From NCBI GenBank assembly GCA_951406725.2, contig OX597827.1, forward strand, positions 27,838,001-27,902,000: 64,000 bases of DNA. The letters run 5' to 3'. Below, in pieces: positions 1-12,059 of this stretch (position 1 is its first letter; every line of letters begins with the position of its first letter). The notes under the pieces are model-generated. The model was not told the DNA's origin. It was given only the letters and a program-made list of their open reading frames with translations, and searched no databases. The position numbers and the translations under genes are program-made. Source of the DNA: Octopus vulgaris. Lineage: Eukaryota.

Positions 1-609
1 AGAGAAAGAAAAAAAAAGAGTGAAAGAGAAAGAGAGAGAAATAGTGAGAGAGCAAGAGGGGTGGGTGAGAGAAAGCAAACAAAATCGAAAGAAACAATAC
101 AAAGAGCGGAAATCTCTGGAATCTAAAGCTGAGTCCTTTAACAAGTCTAGAAAACTGAGATTGTTATCGTTCAACTATTTGCTTTAATATTAGCAGGAAG
201 TTAGGCAAGGATTTCTGATACGCCACCAATACGTCGTGTTTTAATCATTTTAATTAGGAAAAGCTATAATTTATTTATTTGATTTTTAGCATGTTTTAGA
301 TATTTCAAAAAAAAATTTTAGTTTTTTGATTGTTATCGTGAAATTCCTTAAATCGAGGCCAACATTGAAAATGGGAAAAGGAAAGTTTGAAAGTCAATAG
401 AATAAGTTACGAACAAATAATTTAGAATCTCGCGATGACTTTATGAAATCTATAATGTAAACAAGCGGCTGTTGAACGCCATTAAACACACAATCTAAAG
501 CTATTTCTATACATGTCTACTGAACACTTATATTGTTACATTACCGTTAGTATCAACGTTATTATAATAATAATAATTATTATTATCATTATTATTATTA
601 TCATTATTA

Positions 610-658
<49 letters not shown>

Positions 659-1215
659 TGAGTGAGAGAGCAGTTCATGCCATCAAAGTGACACTGGGGT
701 AAAATATACGAAGCCCAATATACCCATCATGACTACCTGTCTGATAAGGGTACACCAGGCACATGCATCACAAACATATGTGCGCGACATGGTGATCTCA
801 TATCAAGATAAACAGCACATGACCTTGCAGGTGGGGCCCAGTTAGAATTTTCTTCAGGTTGAGTAGCCCATCCCGCTCACAAGGTCCCTGAATAAGGGTT
901 GTTTGAGGATGTTGAAAGAACCATCCATGTTTCCAGAGGTGAATTATTCAAACCCCAAAGAATCCCTCGCAACACATGGCTATGATGCTCCCCCACTACT
1001 TCTGCTCGTGATCAGAGATGCACATATCGTCAGCCACTAAGGGACATGCTCAACTGGTTAAGGTCAAACAACTGACAAGCAAATCTGCGGTATTGAGCAG
1101 AATATTTGCTGTAGCCCATCTTTTATACCAAGACAAAACAATGTACATGATAACACTTCCAATCAGTTAAGATCAGAAGCCATGAGAGCCACTGCCTGGT
1201 ACTGCATCAGGGCAT
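659..1215 (-). mobile_element. Non-coding (TAA)n-associated retroposon (SINE-like), apparently full length
   Basis: About 557 bp flanked by (TTA)n on both sides. Near-identical 5'-truncated copy on the opposite strand at 55213-55550; both share the end ...CTCTCACTCA(ATA)n, which defines the 3' end. Confidence 0.8.
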
Positions 1216-1349
1216 TTATACTGCATCAGGGCATTGGTACTGCATCAGGGCATTGGTACTGCATCAGGGCATTGGTACTGCATCAGGGCATTTATACTGC
1301 ATCAGGGCATTGGTACTGCATCAGGGCATTGGTACTATGCATCAGGGCA

Positions 1350-1350
<1 letters not shown>
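1197..1350. repeat. 20-bp tandem repeat (TGGTACTGCATCAGGGCATT) x~7
   Basis: Directly visible; unit equals the terminal 20 bp of the adjacent retroposon. Confidence 0.95.
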
Positions 1351-1387
<37 letters not shown>

Positions 1388-1407
1388 GGGCATTATTATC
1401 ATTATTC

Positions 1408-1840
1408 AAGGGCGGTGAAATGGTTTAGAAATCCATTAGTACTGCATGGGCGAAATGCTGCATCAGCGGTATTTCTGCATCAGTCGCTACGTTTCGAGTT
1501 CAAATTCCGCGAGGTCGATTTTATACTTGCCATTCATCCTTTTGGGGTTGATGAATTGAATACTGCATCAGGGCATTGAAACACTGGGTCGATGTAATCG
1601 ACTAGCATCAGGCATCCCCTCCGAGTTCAAATCCCTAAACTTTCGGGCCTTGAATGCATTCAATAGAAGCGATTATTATTGTTGTTGTTGTTGTTACTGT
1701 GATCAGGTGAGGAATTGACAGAATCATCAGAGTGCCTGGGGAAAAATCATACATAGCAATATTCATTCCGGTTCTCAACATTTTGATTTCAAATTCCGGC
1801 AAGGTCAACTTCACATTCCATCTCCTATTTAAGGGTCGCT
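1408..1840 (+). mobile_element. Two degenerate copies of tRNA-derived SINE family B
   Basis: GAGTTCAAATTCCGCGAGGTCGA (B-box-like) and CATCCTTTTGGGGT motifs match the better copies at 13285-13860. Confidence 0.7.
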
Positions 1841-2566
1841 AATATAAAGTTTTAGTGAAATAAGTTAGTATGAGGGTATGATGACGACGACGACGTCGAT
1901 GATGATGATGATTTTGATGATGATAACGACGACGACGATGATGATGATGAAGATGATAGTAACAATGATGACGTTCATGATGATGACAATGATGATGATG
2001 ACGACGACGAGGATGACGAAAAAGATACAAAGAGTACAGCAATAGACGAAGGGTGTGTGTGTGTAGCTGGGACGGTGGTGGTGGTGGTAGGGGGAAGATA
2101 AGCGCAATGAAAGGAAAAGAAAGACGAAAGAAATCTTCGGCAAGAACTTCCGTCGTGTTCAATTAAGTAACATTTACTAATTCATTCAAATACATGCGAC
2201 CTTATTTGACCTCGAAATAGAGACTTAGTCCCGTTTACCGGAGAAATGATTTAGATATGGGATTAAATAAGATTTGTACTTTTGGTAAACGGTGCTGCAA
2301 TGTCATGGGGTCCAATCCGCCTTTTCCGCGATTAATAGATTTATAATAGAATTCCCCACATTTTCTTTTTTGAAATGAATTCTGGGTTTTATCAGTTCAA
2401 AGGATGTTGGCATTATTGCATGTGTTCAGTGATAGTCGTTGCAGTGTTTACGGCACATACACACGCACACACACGCGCGCATACACAAATACACACAAAC
2501 ACACGTAAGCAGACATACTCACACGCACATACGCACACAGAGAAACGGGCGCTCACACATACTTGC

Positions 2567-2605
<39 letters not shown>

Positions 2606-2790
2606 ACTTACACATACTCATAAATACTCAAATATATAAAAACATATGTATACCGATGAAACTGTATTTATATAAACATGAATACTGTATGTGTGGGTGT
2701 ATACTTAAATATATATATATGTATGCACACACACACATATATATATGCATATATATATGTATATATATATTTATATGTATATATATATAT

Positions 2791-2842
<52 letters not shown>

Positions 2843-3314
2843 TTCATATATATATGAAATATAGGTCAAATTTAAAGTACCCGCTGAGGTTAATTGCAAA
2901 TTTATCATTAAAATTCATGGTATATAATTTAAAAAAGATATTTGCATTCAATAGATGCGATTATTATTGTTGTTTTGTTTTATGGATATATATTAATATA
3001 AATAGTGGAGGATGTATATTAAGACATATATTAATATTCATCGTTCATTCAATGTTTGTTTATACTTTTGTTCCGCTCCCCCACACACACATTCCTACGT
3101 GCGCACACACATACACACACTAACACATACTCAGACACATATACAGATACGCGTGTATGACAAAAACGCATTAGCATATTAGTGTATGCGAATTTATGAT
3201 CATGTATGCGAGCATACGTATGTGTAGGTGTGTCGTTATGTATGCATAAATATGTGTGTGTTTATATATACTTGTATATATGTTTGTATGTATATATATA
3301 TACACATGCATACA

Positions 3315-3357
<43 letters not shown>

Positions 3358-3559
3358 GAACACATATATTTATGCATACATATATACATACATATATATA
3401 TATATATTTCGATAGTTGAATGAATTATCCTATGTTTACCGTCAACATGGAAAATTCGATGAACCGATACCAGGGTAGCAAATTCACGTCAGAAACACGG
3501 TTGAAGCGACCTATCCAAAGGTAGAGACTCCGGGTCCATGAGCAGAAATGTATGTGTTA

Positions 3560-5355
3560 TATATGAACAAATAAATAAATGGAGTTGAACGAAGATGTTA
3601 GCAAAATTCCTTTACTCTCGACATATGTTTCGAAGACAACATCGTTTTATTCCAAAGGAATAAACAGTGCAAGAAAGGGAGCCTCTCTCAACAACAAGAC
3701 ATTATAACAATTACGATGACTGCCTACATGGTAAACAAAACGTTAATAAGTGTTTTAAAAAACCGTTAGTAGAATTGACGTCAAAGTTAGATAGTAGGAA
3801 GAGAAGGGTTAAAATAGGGAATAATAAGTAGGGAACAAATAGAGAGGGAGGGGTACGTTAATTAAAAGTATGTTCAAAGGCTTAGGAAAGAATTTCTCTA
3901 TTGAAGTGGAGTGCACGTTAAACTAATTGTTCAAACTATAATGACTATCGAAATCATTTATATGAGTAAAAAGTATGTTTCTGCCAGTGTTTACATTTGT
4001 ACGATTTCTCTATAAGTGTGTTTATAAGGGGATCCTTACAGAAGAGAATATGGAAGGGTTCAGAGTTGCAAATGTTACAAAATCTCCTGCCCTTATCAAA
4101 AGGAAAGGATACAGACAGTATGAACCAATCTAACTTAAAATCTATATTATTATCTTTAAGATGCCAAACTAATTTACTTATTAATGTGATACTGACTGCT
4201 AGGAAATCATTCATCAAGTTCGATAGCAAGTTGTGGGTCCGCAGTGATACCCATAATGCGTTTGATGTATTAATGGGAGGTAAAGACAGCGCCCAGATAG
4301 CAGATTTAAAGACTTATTATTATCATTGTTATCACCATCACTATTACCATTACTATTTTTATTAATACTATTCTTATTATTATAATTGTATGAGGGGTTG
4401 GAATTAGCAAGATTAATGTTGGAACTCCCGGGTGAAGAACCTTTATTTAGCAGCTTGGTATTGTGAGAAGATATAATTTGTGAAAGATTTCTAGTGTTAG
4501 AGAAAGCGATTCTGCAAGGGAAGGTTCGATTTAATTTGTTTTCCGAAAGGGATTACGATTTTGAATTGTACGTAGTGTTATTTGTAAAAGTAGGGGGAAA
4601 ATTTCTGGGTTGGAAATTTGGGGTTAAATAGCGCTTACTTCCCCTGGTCCGTAAAGAATTTATATTATGTATTGGGCTGCTTACACTATTAGAATTAAAA
4701 TCACTATTCCTATTACAAATATCTATTTTATCTGGAGAAGCAGATGTAGGTCTAGAATGAACAGATTCGATGTATGACACTTTCTCTTTATAGCTGGCTT
4801 TTAACAAGGCGGCGTTATAGAAGTCTGCCTTTTGGTTAAAGATGTCAACATTGGCAGATAATTTAGACAGTCTAAGAGATATGTTTTTGACTAAGTTATC
4901 GGTAACTGCCCTAGCGTTATTACTTTAAAGACTAATATACTTAAGATTTGTGGAAGGTTTATGATATGGGAAGTATGAGTTATTCTGTAAATTGAGGGTA
5001 ATGTCTTAGAAGTTGGCTTTAGTTAACTCATCGTTAAAAAACGATGCGCAAGCCCATTCTACTAAAAAACCTAACTAATCTATTCTTAACCTTCTGTATT
5101 TTTTGATTTGAAATGTTTAGGAGGTAAAGCAGACAATCGTCGCGATAAAGACCTCCGCAGATGTCCGGGAACTGGTCGGCCATTTCATAAAGAATATATA
5201 TTCTGACCAAATCTGCTATCTGGGCGCTGTCTTTACCTCCCATTAATACATCAAACGCATTATGGGTATCACTGCGGACCCACAACTTGCTATCGAACTT
5301 GATGAATGATTTCCTAGCAGTCAGTATCACATTAATTTCTTCCCTAGAGAGGCCT
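3560..5355 (-). mobile_element. Penelope-like element remnant (RT, linker, C-terminal endonuclease region), rearranged; possibly Naiad-like clade
   Basis: Minus-strand FDVLMGGKDSAQIADLV...GLYRDDCL (PLE RT motifs), YHKPSTNLKYI, IISSHNTKLL, and C-terminal LVWHLK...W.IL...CNICNSE...KCKH. Stops and frameshifts present. Decayed HHR-like GAAACATATGTC near 3620-3632. Confidence 0.85.
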
Positions 5356-5475
5356 GCCTTATTGTGTGCATATACATACACATATGTGCATACATATGTA
5401 TATACATATATATCTATATCTACCCAAGAGCATATATATATATGTATGTATGTGTGTGTGTGTGTGTGTGTGTAG

Positions 5476-5808
5476 GCATATATAAGTTAAATAAAATGAG
5501 ACAACAAAGCCAAGGCAGTGCGAAATTTCTAGGACATTTAAAGGGAAGGGTAGTCTTACAGCTGTTTCAGGAATATAAAAGACATCCCTCTCAGAAGAGA
5601 GAATTATTATAAGAAGTTAACTTCTTATATCGAACTCTACTATTTGCTTCTATTTAACTCTCTGATATCGTCTCCGATGGTGGGAGATCCTTTATATACC
5701 TGGAAAAGCTGTTACACTACGCTTCTCTTTACGCTTCTCTTTATAAAATGTGCAACAAATTTCGCACTGCCTTGGTTTTGTCGTAACATTTTATTTAACC
5801 TATACACG
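5476..5808. mobile_element. Inverted pair of Penelope-type terminal repeats with decayed HHR motifs
   Basis: 5476-5600 is an imperfect reverse complement of 5670-5808. GAAACAGCTGTA motif is shared with the HHR at 51948-51991. Confidence 0.6.
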
Positions 5809-6112
5809 CTCATACACGATCCGCTTTAGACTCCTCACTATAATCGAACCGGAGTCTAAAAGCGGTCCTTCCGTAGTACTTACATATCCTTGCCTGCCGT
5901 TTGGATCTTTTGGATACCAAAAACTCTCGTATATTATATGTATGTGTGTTTGTGTGTGTGTGTGTGTACGTATGCAGATTTTATGAACGCAGAACGCAGA
6001 ACGTTTGTATCTATTGTGAGAATGTGGTATATATTTTATATCTTTTAAATTTTTTTCATGTCTGTAAGAGTAAATTCCCCCTTTTTTAACATATTTTTTC
6101 ATAGCGTCTATC

Positions 6113-6168
6113 GTCAAAATAGCCGATGAAGATGCCGCGGCATTTGAAACTCTGAGTTCTATTATGAC
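6113..6168 (+). ncRNA. Type I hammerhead ribozyme (CCGAUGA core variant)
   Basis: Stem I GTCAAAATAG/CTATTATGAC (9/10), core CCGATGA, stem II AGATGCC-GC-GGCATTT, GAAA, stem III CT-CTG-AG, GUU cleavage triplet ending at 6158. Confidence 0.75.
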
Positions 6169-6206
6169 AACTTACTGATTGTCCTATATTATACTATACT
6201 ATACTA

Positions 6207-6240
<34 letters not shown>

Positions 6241-6450
6241 TAATAAATAAAATATATGCATACATACAAACATATATGTACGTACCGACATCTACATGTA
6301 TATATACAGGCATATATAAATATATATATATACGTACAGGACATCACAAGAAGACGAAACAATCAACAGAACGAAAACGGAGAAGACATTTTGTTACAAC
6401 AGAAGGACAGAGACGTGGAACAAGACGAAACGAAAACGAAAACGGGAAAA

Positions 6451-6481
<31 letters not shown>

Positions 6482-6666
6482 CAGGCGCGGGAGTGGCTGT
6501 GTAATAAGTAGCTTGCTTACCGACCACATGTCTCCGGGTTCAGTCCCGCTGCGTGGCACCTTGGGCAAGTGTCTTCTACTATGAGTGAATGGATTTGGTA
6601 GACGGAAGCTGAAAGAAGCCCGTCGTATGTGTTTGTGTATGTGTGTGTGTGTATGTGTATGTGTAT

Positions 6667-6708
<42 letters not shown>

Positions 6709-6805
6709 CCTCCAACATCGCTTGAAGCCGATGCTGGTGTGTTTACGTCCCCGTAACGGTTCGACAAAAGAGACCGATAGAATTAGTACTAGGCTAACAA
6801 AGAAT
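6482..6805 (+). mobile_element. tRNA-derived SINE family A
   Basis: Head GGCGCGGGAGTGGCTGTGT...GGGTTCAGTCCC (A/B-box-like), internal (TG)n, body CATCGCTTGA...GTACTAGGCT; many copies in the window. Confidence 0.9.
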
Positions 6806-6879
6806 TTTTTTGTTTATTCATTTTCAAAGTTAATATTCGCTTTTATGTTTGTGAATAATATACAACAGAAATGAAAATT

Positions 6880-6929
<50 letters not shown>

Positions 6930-7229
6930 GAATTCTAATATATTGTACAACACTTCTAACTACGACGTAATTATTGATTGTTTCATAGTACAGAGGGAGT
7001 ATGAAAGTCGAATATTGCTCCCGTGTGATTTGAACCCAGAATTAAACACTACAAAGCAAGTTTCATTGATAGCCCAAAAGCTTCTTTCATTCTTTACCGT
7101 ACTCCCTCCTGATGAGGTGTTAGTTGATATATAAGTTTAATCTCGGCTAATTATCTCTATATAGACACATGCAGGTTGTGCATTAAAGAAATATATATAC
7201 ACCGATACATACAATTGCATATCTCTATA

Positions 7230-7260
<31 letters not shown>

Positions 7261-7261
7261 A

Positions 7262-7305
<44 letters not shown>

Positions 7306-7342
7306 TATGCACTTATATCAATATATACATATACATATATAT

Positions 7343-8143
7343 AGCATTACATTTCTACAGAGGTAAAAACTGCAGTTCAAATTCTTGGAGAGAAAAGCAT
7401 TATATTGTCATCAAAAAGGGGGTAGAATTAATTAATTGTTAATAAATTCGACCAAGCAGTATTCGGTATGTAAAGACCATTTACGGTGTATTTGAAGTAT
7501 TAATTTATAAAAATATGGTAAAGTAAAAAAATTCACTTTACCACACACCGAACTTTTCAGAAATAGCAGCCAAAAATATGGCTATTTCTTCAACTGCAAA
7601 TAAAAGTCTCCAGACAATGCATACTCAGAAAATAACTCACATAGGTATAAGGGAAAAACAATGAAAGATCACATCCATATACGATACCCGAGGACAGTCT
7701 GTTTCTGGATTTGTGGGTAAAACGCCACTTTTCCTTCATCAGCTCAGAGATTTCTTCTGATTTAGATTTGAAAATACTAAGAATCAAACATACCCGTCCG
7801 ATATCTGTAACATCGGACAAACCATGCCAGACACCCAGTACTAGCGAATCCAAAAATACGAATGAGATCTATTATTCTCCCTGTCCACCCACGTGAGTCA
7901 TAGAGCATTACATTTCTACAGAGGTAAAAACTGCAGTTCAAATTCTTGGAGAGAAAAGCATTATATTGTCATCAAAAAAGGGGGTAGAATTTATAAATTA
8001 ATACTTCAAATACACCGTAAATGGTCTTTACATACCGAATACTGCTTGGTCGAATTTATTAACAATTAATTAATTCTACCCCCTTTTTTGATGACAATAT
8101 AATGCTTTTCTCTCCAAGAATTTGAACTGCAGTTTTTACCTCT
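7343..8143 (-). mobile_element. Non-autonomous Penelope-like/retrozyme-like unit with direct and inverted terminal repeats
   Basis: 7343-7430 is repeated directly at 7904-7991; 7991-8143 is the reverse complement of ~7358-7510. Intact HHR inside; flanked by (TA)n. Confidence 0.75.
7687..7748 (-). ncRNA. Type I hammerhead ribozyme, canonical core
   Basis: Minus strand: TCTGAG-CTGATGA-AGGAAAAGTGGCGTTTTACCCACAAATCCA-GAAA-CAGACTG-TC-CTCGGG; GUC cleavage triplet. Confidence 0.85.
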
Positions 8144-8166
8144 ATACATATATATATATATATATA

Positions 8167-8306
8167 TGAATATTACGGCCACACCTTGAATACTACGGCC
8201 ACACCTTGAATACTACGGCCACACCTTGAATATTACGGCCACACCTTGAATATTACGGCCACACCTTGAATATTACGACCACACCTTGAATACTACGGCC
8301 ACACCT
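8167..8306. repeat. 20-bp tandem repeat (TGAATAYTACGGCCACACCT) x7
   Basis: Directly visible; unit equals the 5' truncation end of the CR1 fragment (encodes RPHLEY). Confidence 0.95.
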
Positions 8307-8948
8307 TGAATACTGCTGCCCACTGTGGTCTCCTCACACAAGACAAAACATCGCCAGAATTGAGTCACCCCAGAGGGCTCTCACTAAACAAATTGAAGGC
8401 ATGGCTGGTCTCGATTATTGGGATCACCTTAAAGCCTTGAAACTTTACTCCCTCCAGCGTCGCCGTGAGCAGTACATCATTTGTACGATGTGGAAAATAT
8501 ACCGCCAACTTTGCCCAAACGACCTAAACATTAGCTTCAAGGTTCATCCAAGACTTGGACCACGGGCTATACGTCCCCTGCCCAATTCAAGATCACAACA
8601 TACATGTACACTGCAACATAATTTCTTTTCCTCAACATGCCCTGACCTATTTAACATTGTCCCGAGGGAGATCAAAGAGGAAAAGGATCCCATCAACTTT
8701 AAACAGAGTCTGGATAGATTCCTTCAAAGAATACCAGATAAGCCACCCATAATTGGATACAACTCACCCAACAAGAACTCACTACTTGAACAAAACTGGA
8801 TACAACTCACCCAACAAGAACTTACTACTTGAACAAAACTTCACTTAAACAAAACTTCACTTAAACAGGATTCGAATAATCCTATCAGGTGGTGCTATTA
8901 AGTTAGACATGGCCTGGACCAATCTTTGGTCGAAACATATCTAAGTTT
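8292..8948 (+). mobile_element. 5'-truncated CR1-clade LINE (ORF2 C-terminus plus 3' UTR)
   Basis: RPHLEYCCPLWSP...QR..TK.IEGM..LDYW..LK.LKLYSLQRRRE...FN..P...FK..LD.FL..IPD is typical of CR1 ORF2 ends. The 3' UTR recurs inverted at 60467-60575. Confidence 0.9.
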
Positions 8949-9226
8949 ATATGTATATGAATATATATATATACATACATACATACATACATACATATAT
9001 GCGTGTGTAAATACATATATACAAAGAACTATATGTATATACGTCTATGCACACAAACTCTTATACGTGTGTATACACACACATTCATATATATATATGT
9101 ATATATATATCTGCAACTGTGCATAAATGCATAAAACGCTTTGGTGTGTTCATTGATGCGTATCTCTTTAATTATATAGATTCGTATCAGCTTACGAATT
9201 TAAAAACCGACGTATGTGTATGTGTT

Positions 9227-9268
<42 letters not shown>

Positions 9269-9489
9269 CGCATGCGTGTACGTGTATGTCTGTGTGGGGA
9301 TGTGTCTCTTAATGTACATCCACACAAGCAGCTGCATAAATTCCCCCATACAAATTTAGTCATACAAACGGATGTGTGAGTATATACGCATATTTTTCTA
9401 CCACGCATATACAGAAAATCAGGATAGTCATAAACAGTTATATACATACATGTATATATTATATGCATATACACACACGCATAAACACA

Positions 9490-9535
<46 letters not shown>

Positions 9536-9596
9536 CTCGCACATAGACCAATATGTGTATGCGTGTGACAGAGATGCATGCTTAAATACATGTATG

Positions 9597-9753
9597 GGCG
9601 TAGGCGTGGCTGTGTGGGAAGTAGCTTGCTTCCCAACACCTGTTTCAGTCCTACAGCGTGGCACCTTGGGCAAATGTCTTCTACTATAGCCTCGGGCCGA
9701 CCAAAGCCTTGTGAGTGGATTTGGTAGACAGAAACTGAAAGAAGCTCGTCGTG

Positions 9754-9832
<79 letters not shown>

Positions 9833-10030
9833 TTCTGTCAGTGGTTATCCCTACAACCGCTTGACAATAGGTGTTCGTTCGTTTACGCCCTTGTGGCAAG
9901 TGGTTCGGCAAAAGAACCCGACAGAATAAATACCAGATTTAAAATATAGGTATTAGAATTGATTTATTCTGCTAAACCGTGTCAAGGCGAAGCTCTAGCG
10001 TGGGCGTAGCTTCATGACTCAAACAATCAA
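9597..10030 (+). mobile_element. SINE family A
   Basis: Head, GCGTGGCACCTTGGGCAA core, internal (TA)n(TG)n, decayed tail. Confidence 0.85.
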
Positions 10031-10577
10031 AAATAAATAAATAAATAAATAAATACAAGAAGATTTTAAAGTTTCGATTTATTTAGTAACAACAACATAT
10101 CAAATATTCTCCACTTTTCTCCTCAATTTTTCCTCAATGTCGTTAACATCGTGTCCCACCGTGTTTGTTTAGAGCAAAATTGAATTCATAATGAATTCAA
10201 GTAGGAAAGGAATATCACAACGACCTTGATAAAAGGTTTCCTTAAGAAATGGGCTTCGTAAAATAAACAATGATTTAACAGCATTAATGGTTTTGACATA
10301 AATGTTGAAGATAGTATTTCATTGCCAGTTTATTAGCACTCACGCATTTTTAGCGACTGGTCTTCAGGCGCTCTATGTACATACGTATGTCTGTCTGTCT
10401 GTCTGTATGTATGTATGTATGTATGTATGTATGTATGTATGTATGTATGTATGTCATTGTTCAGTGTTATTTCAAGATTTCTTGCCAATAGAAAAAGAAT
10501 CGGTTTCTAACCTAGATCCAAGGCTCTTTCATTGGAATTTTAACATCAACAACAGGGTATTTTTGTATGTACGTATG

Positions 10578-10611
<34 letters not shown>

Positions 10612-10704
10612 TGTGTGCATGCATGTATGTATGTATGTATGTATATGTGCAGATTTGTATGTTTTGCTTTACCTATGTATTCTTATGCATATAGTTGCAT
10701 ATCT

Positions 10705-10860
10705 AGACATGCTCATATATATTTGAATTATAAACTTCTGGAAAGTTTTACACATCTTTACAGTTCTGGTGATGGATTGGATGGGTAGTCTTCGAATTAG
10801 CTTTCTCCTTCCTGGTTTTGAGAAGCCTAATTTCTCAAGATTGGTATTTAGGCAATGTGG
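10705..10860. repeat. Dispersed repeat; second copy at 53095-53245
   Basis: Shared ATGCTCATATATATTT...GATGGATTGGAT...GTCTTCGAATTAGCTTTC...GAAGCCTAATTTCTCA. Confidence 0.8.
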
Positions 10861-11339
10861 TACTTATCCCAGGGCCCCAATAATTATAGGTATAAACAGG
10901 TATGTATGTATGCATGCATGTATGCATGTATGAACGTATGTATGTGTATAAATATAAATATGTATACGTATGTGTGTGTATGCATGTGTATGTATGAGTG
11001 TATATATGCCTGAAGCATGAATGTATGCGTGTATATACATGGTTACTATGTACGCATGTGTGGGTATATTCATGGAAGTATGTCTGCTTGTGTGTATGAC
11101 CATATGTATGTGCGCATGTATGTATGTGGGTATGTTTTTATAGATACATATGTGTGTATGTATGTACGTATTATGTATGTATGTATGTGTGCGTGTATGT
11201 ATGTATGTATGTATGTATGTAATTATGAATGCGTGCATATAAGTATGCACGTGCGCATGTATGTATGTACGTATGTACGTACACATGTATGTATGTTTTA
11301 CGTACGTATATAAGTACACATATATGCACGCATATATAA

Positions 11340-11578
11340 TTTATTCTTTTGCTTGTTTCAGTCATTTGACTGCGGCCAAGCTGGAGGACCGCCTTTAGTC
11401 GAAAAATCGACCTCAGAACTTATTCTTTATAATGCCCTATATTTAAAAGATGAGGAATTATGTACATTATTTACATTATTAACATTTGACGGATATTTGT
11501 CCTCATCTTGCATATGGCGTATTGGTAAAGAGCGCTGGCTACTAACCCGAAGATTCCGAGTTTGATACCAGGCAGCAA

Positions 11579-11644
<66 letters not shown>

Positions 11645-11913
11645 CAGCAACAACAACATCGAAAAATACCTTAGGAATACCCAGGTTCGAAATTTCCCCA
11701 AGACACCTCATGACGGCTGCAGGGTATATCAGCCGAAGCGTTGTGTTAGCAACAAACAAGATGAGGACAAATATCCGTCGAATATAAATAATGTTATTCG
11801 TTGTAAGCGTACTACTTATTCTATCGGTCTATTTTACCGAACTGCTAAGTTACGGGGACATAAACACACCAGCATCGGTTGTTCAGCGTTGGTGGAGGAC
11901 AAACACAGACAAA

Positions 11914-11966
<53 letters not shown>

Positions 11967-12040
11967 ATCCGCGTAGTTTTCACAGTCCAGATTCACTCAC
12001 AAACATTCGCCGTCCCGGGATAACAGCTGAAGACACTTGG
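11340..12040 (-). mobile_element. SINE family A split by an insertion at ~11430-11800
   Basis: Tail TTGTTTCAGTCATTTGACTGCGGCC...TTATTCTTT at 11340-11428 resumes as TGTAAGCGTACTACTTATTCTATCGG at ~11802. Confidence 0.8.
11430..11800 (+). mobile_element. Element with tRNA-like head, (AAT)n, decayed hammerhead and Penelope-type inverted tail
   Basis: TGGCGTATTGG (A box) and GAGTTTGATACC (B-box-like) at 11515-11570. HHR-like GACAC-CTCATGA-CGGCTG...CAGCC-GAAG-CG-TT-GTGTT at 11702-11747. 11756-11795 is inverted relative to 11465-11510. Confidence 0.65.
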
Positions 12041-12059
12041 TTATGCTTTTTATTGCAAA

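Noticed and set aside
7545-7598. Second hammerhead in the 7.3-8.1 kb unit (minus strand TTGAAGA...GAAAAGTT)
   Set aside because: Core C3 and stem III are mismatched and stem I does not pair; too degenerate to call.
8167-8306. 20-bp arrays here and at 1197-1350 as CRISPR arrays
   Set aside because: No spacers, no cas genes, eukaryotic context; the units derive from adjacent retroposon ends.
8401-8832. 143-aa ORF as a host gene
   Set aside because: It is the C-terminus of a truncated CR1 ORF2.
11513-11580. Functional tRNA gene (also considered for the SINE heads at 15050-15121 and 61424-61495)
   Set aside because: Acceptor and anticodon stems are incomplete and each runs into a repeat body; these are SINE heads.
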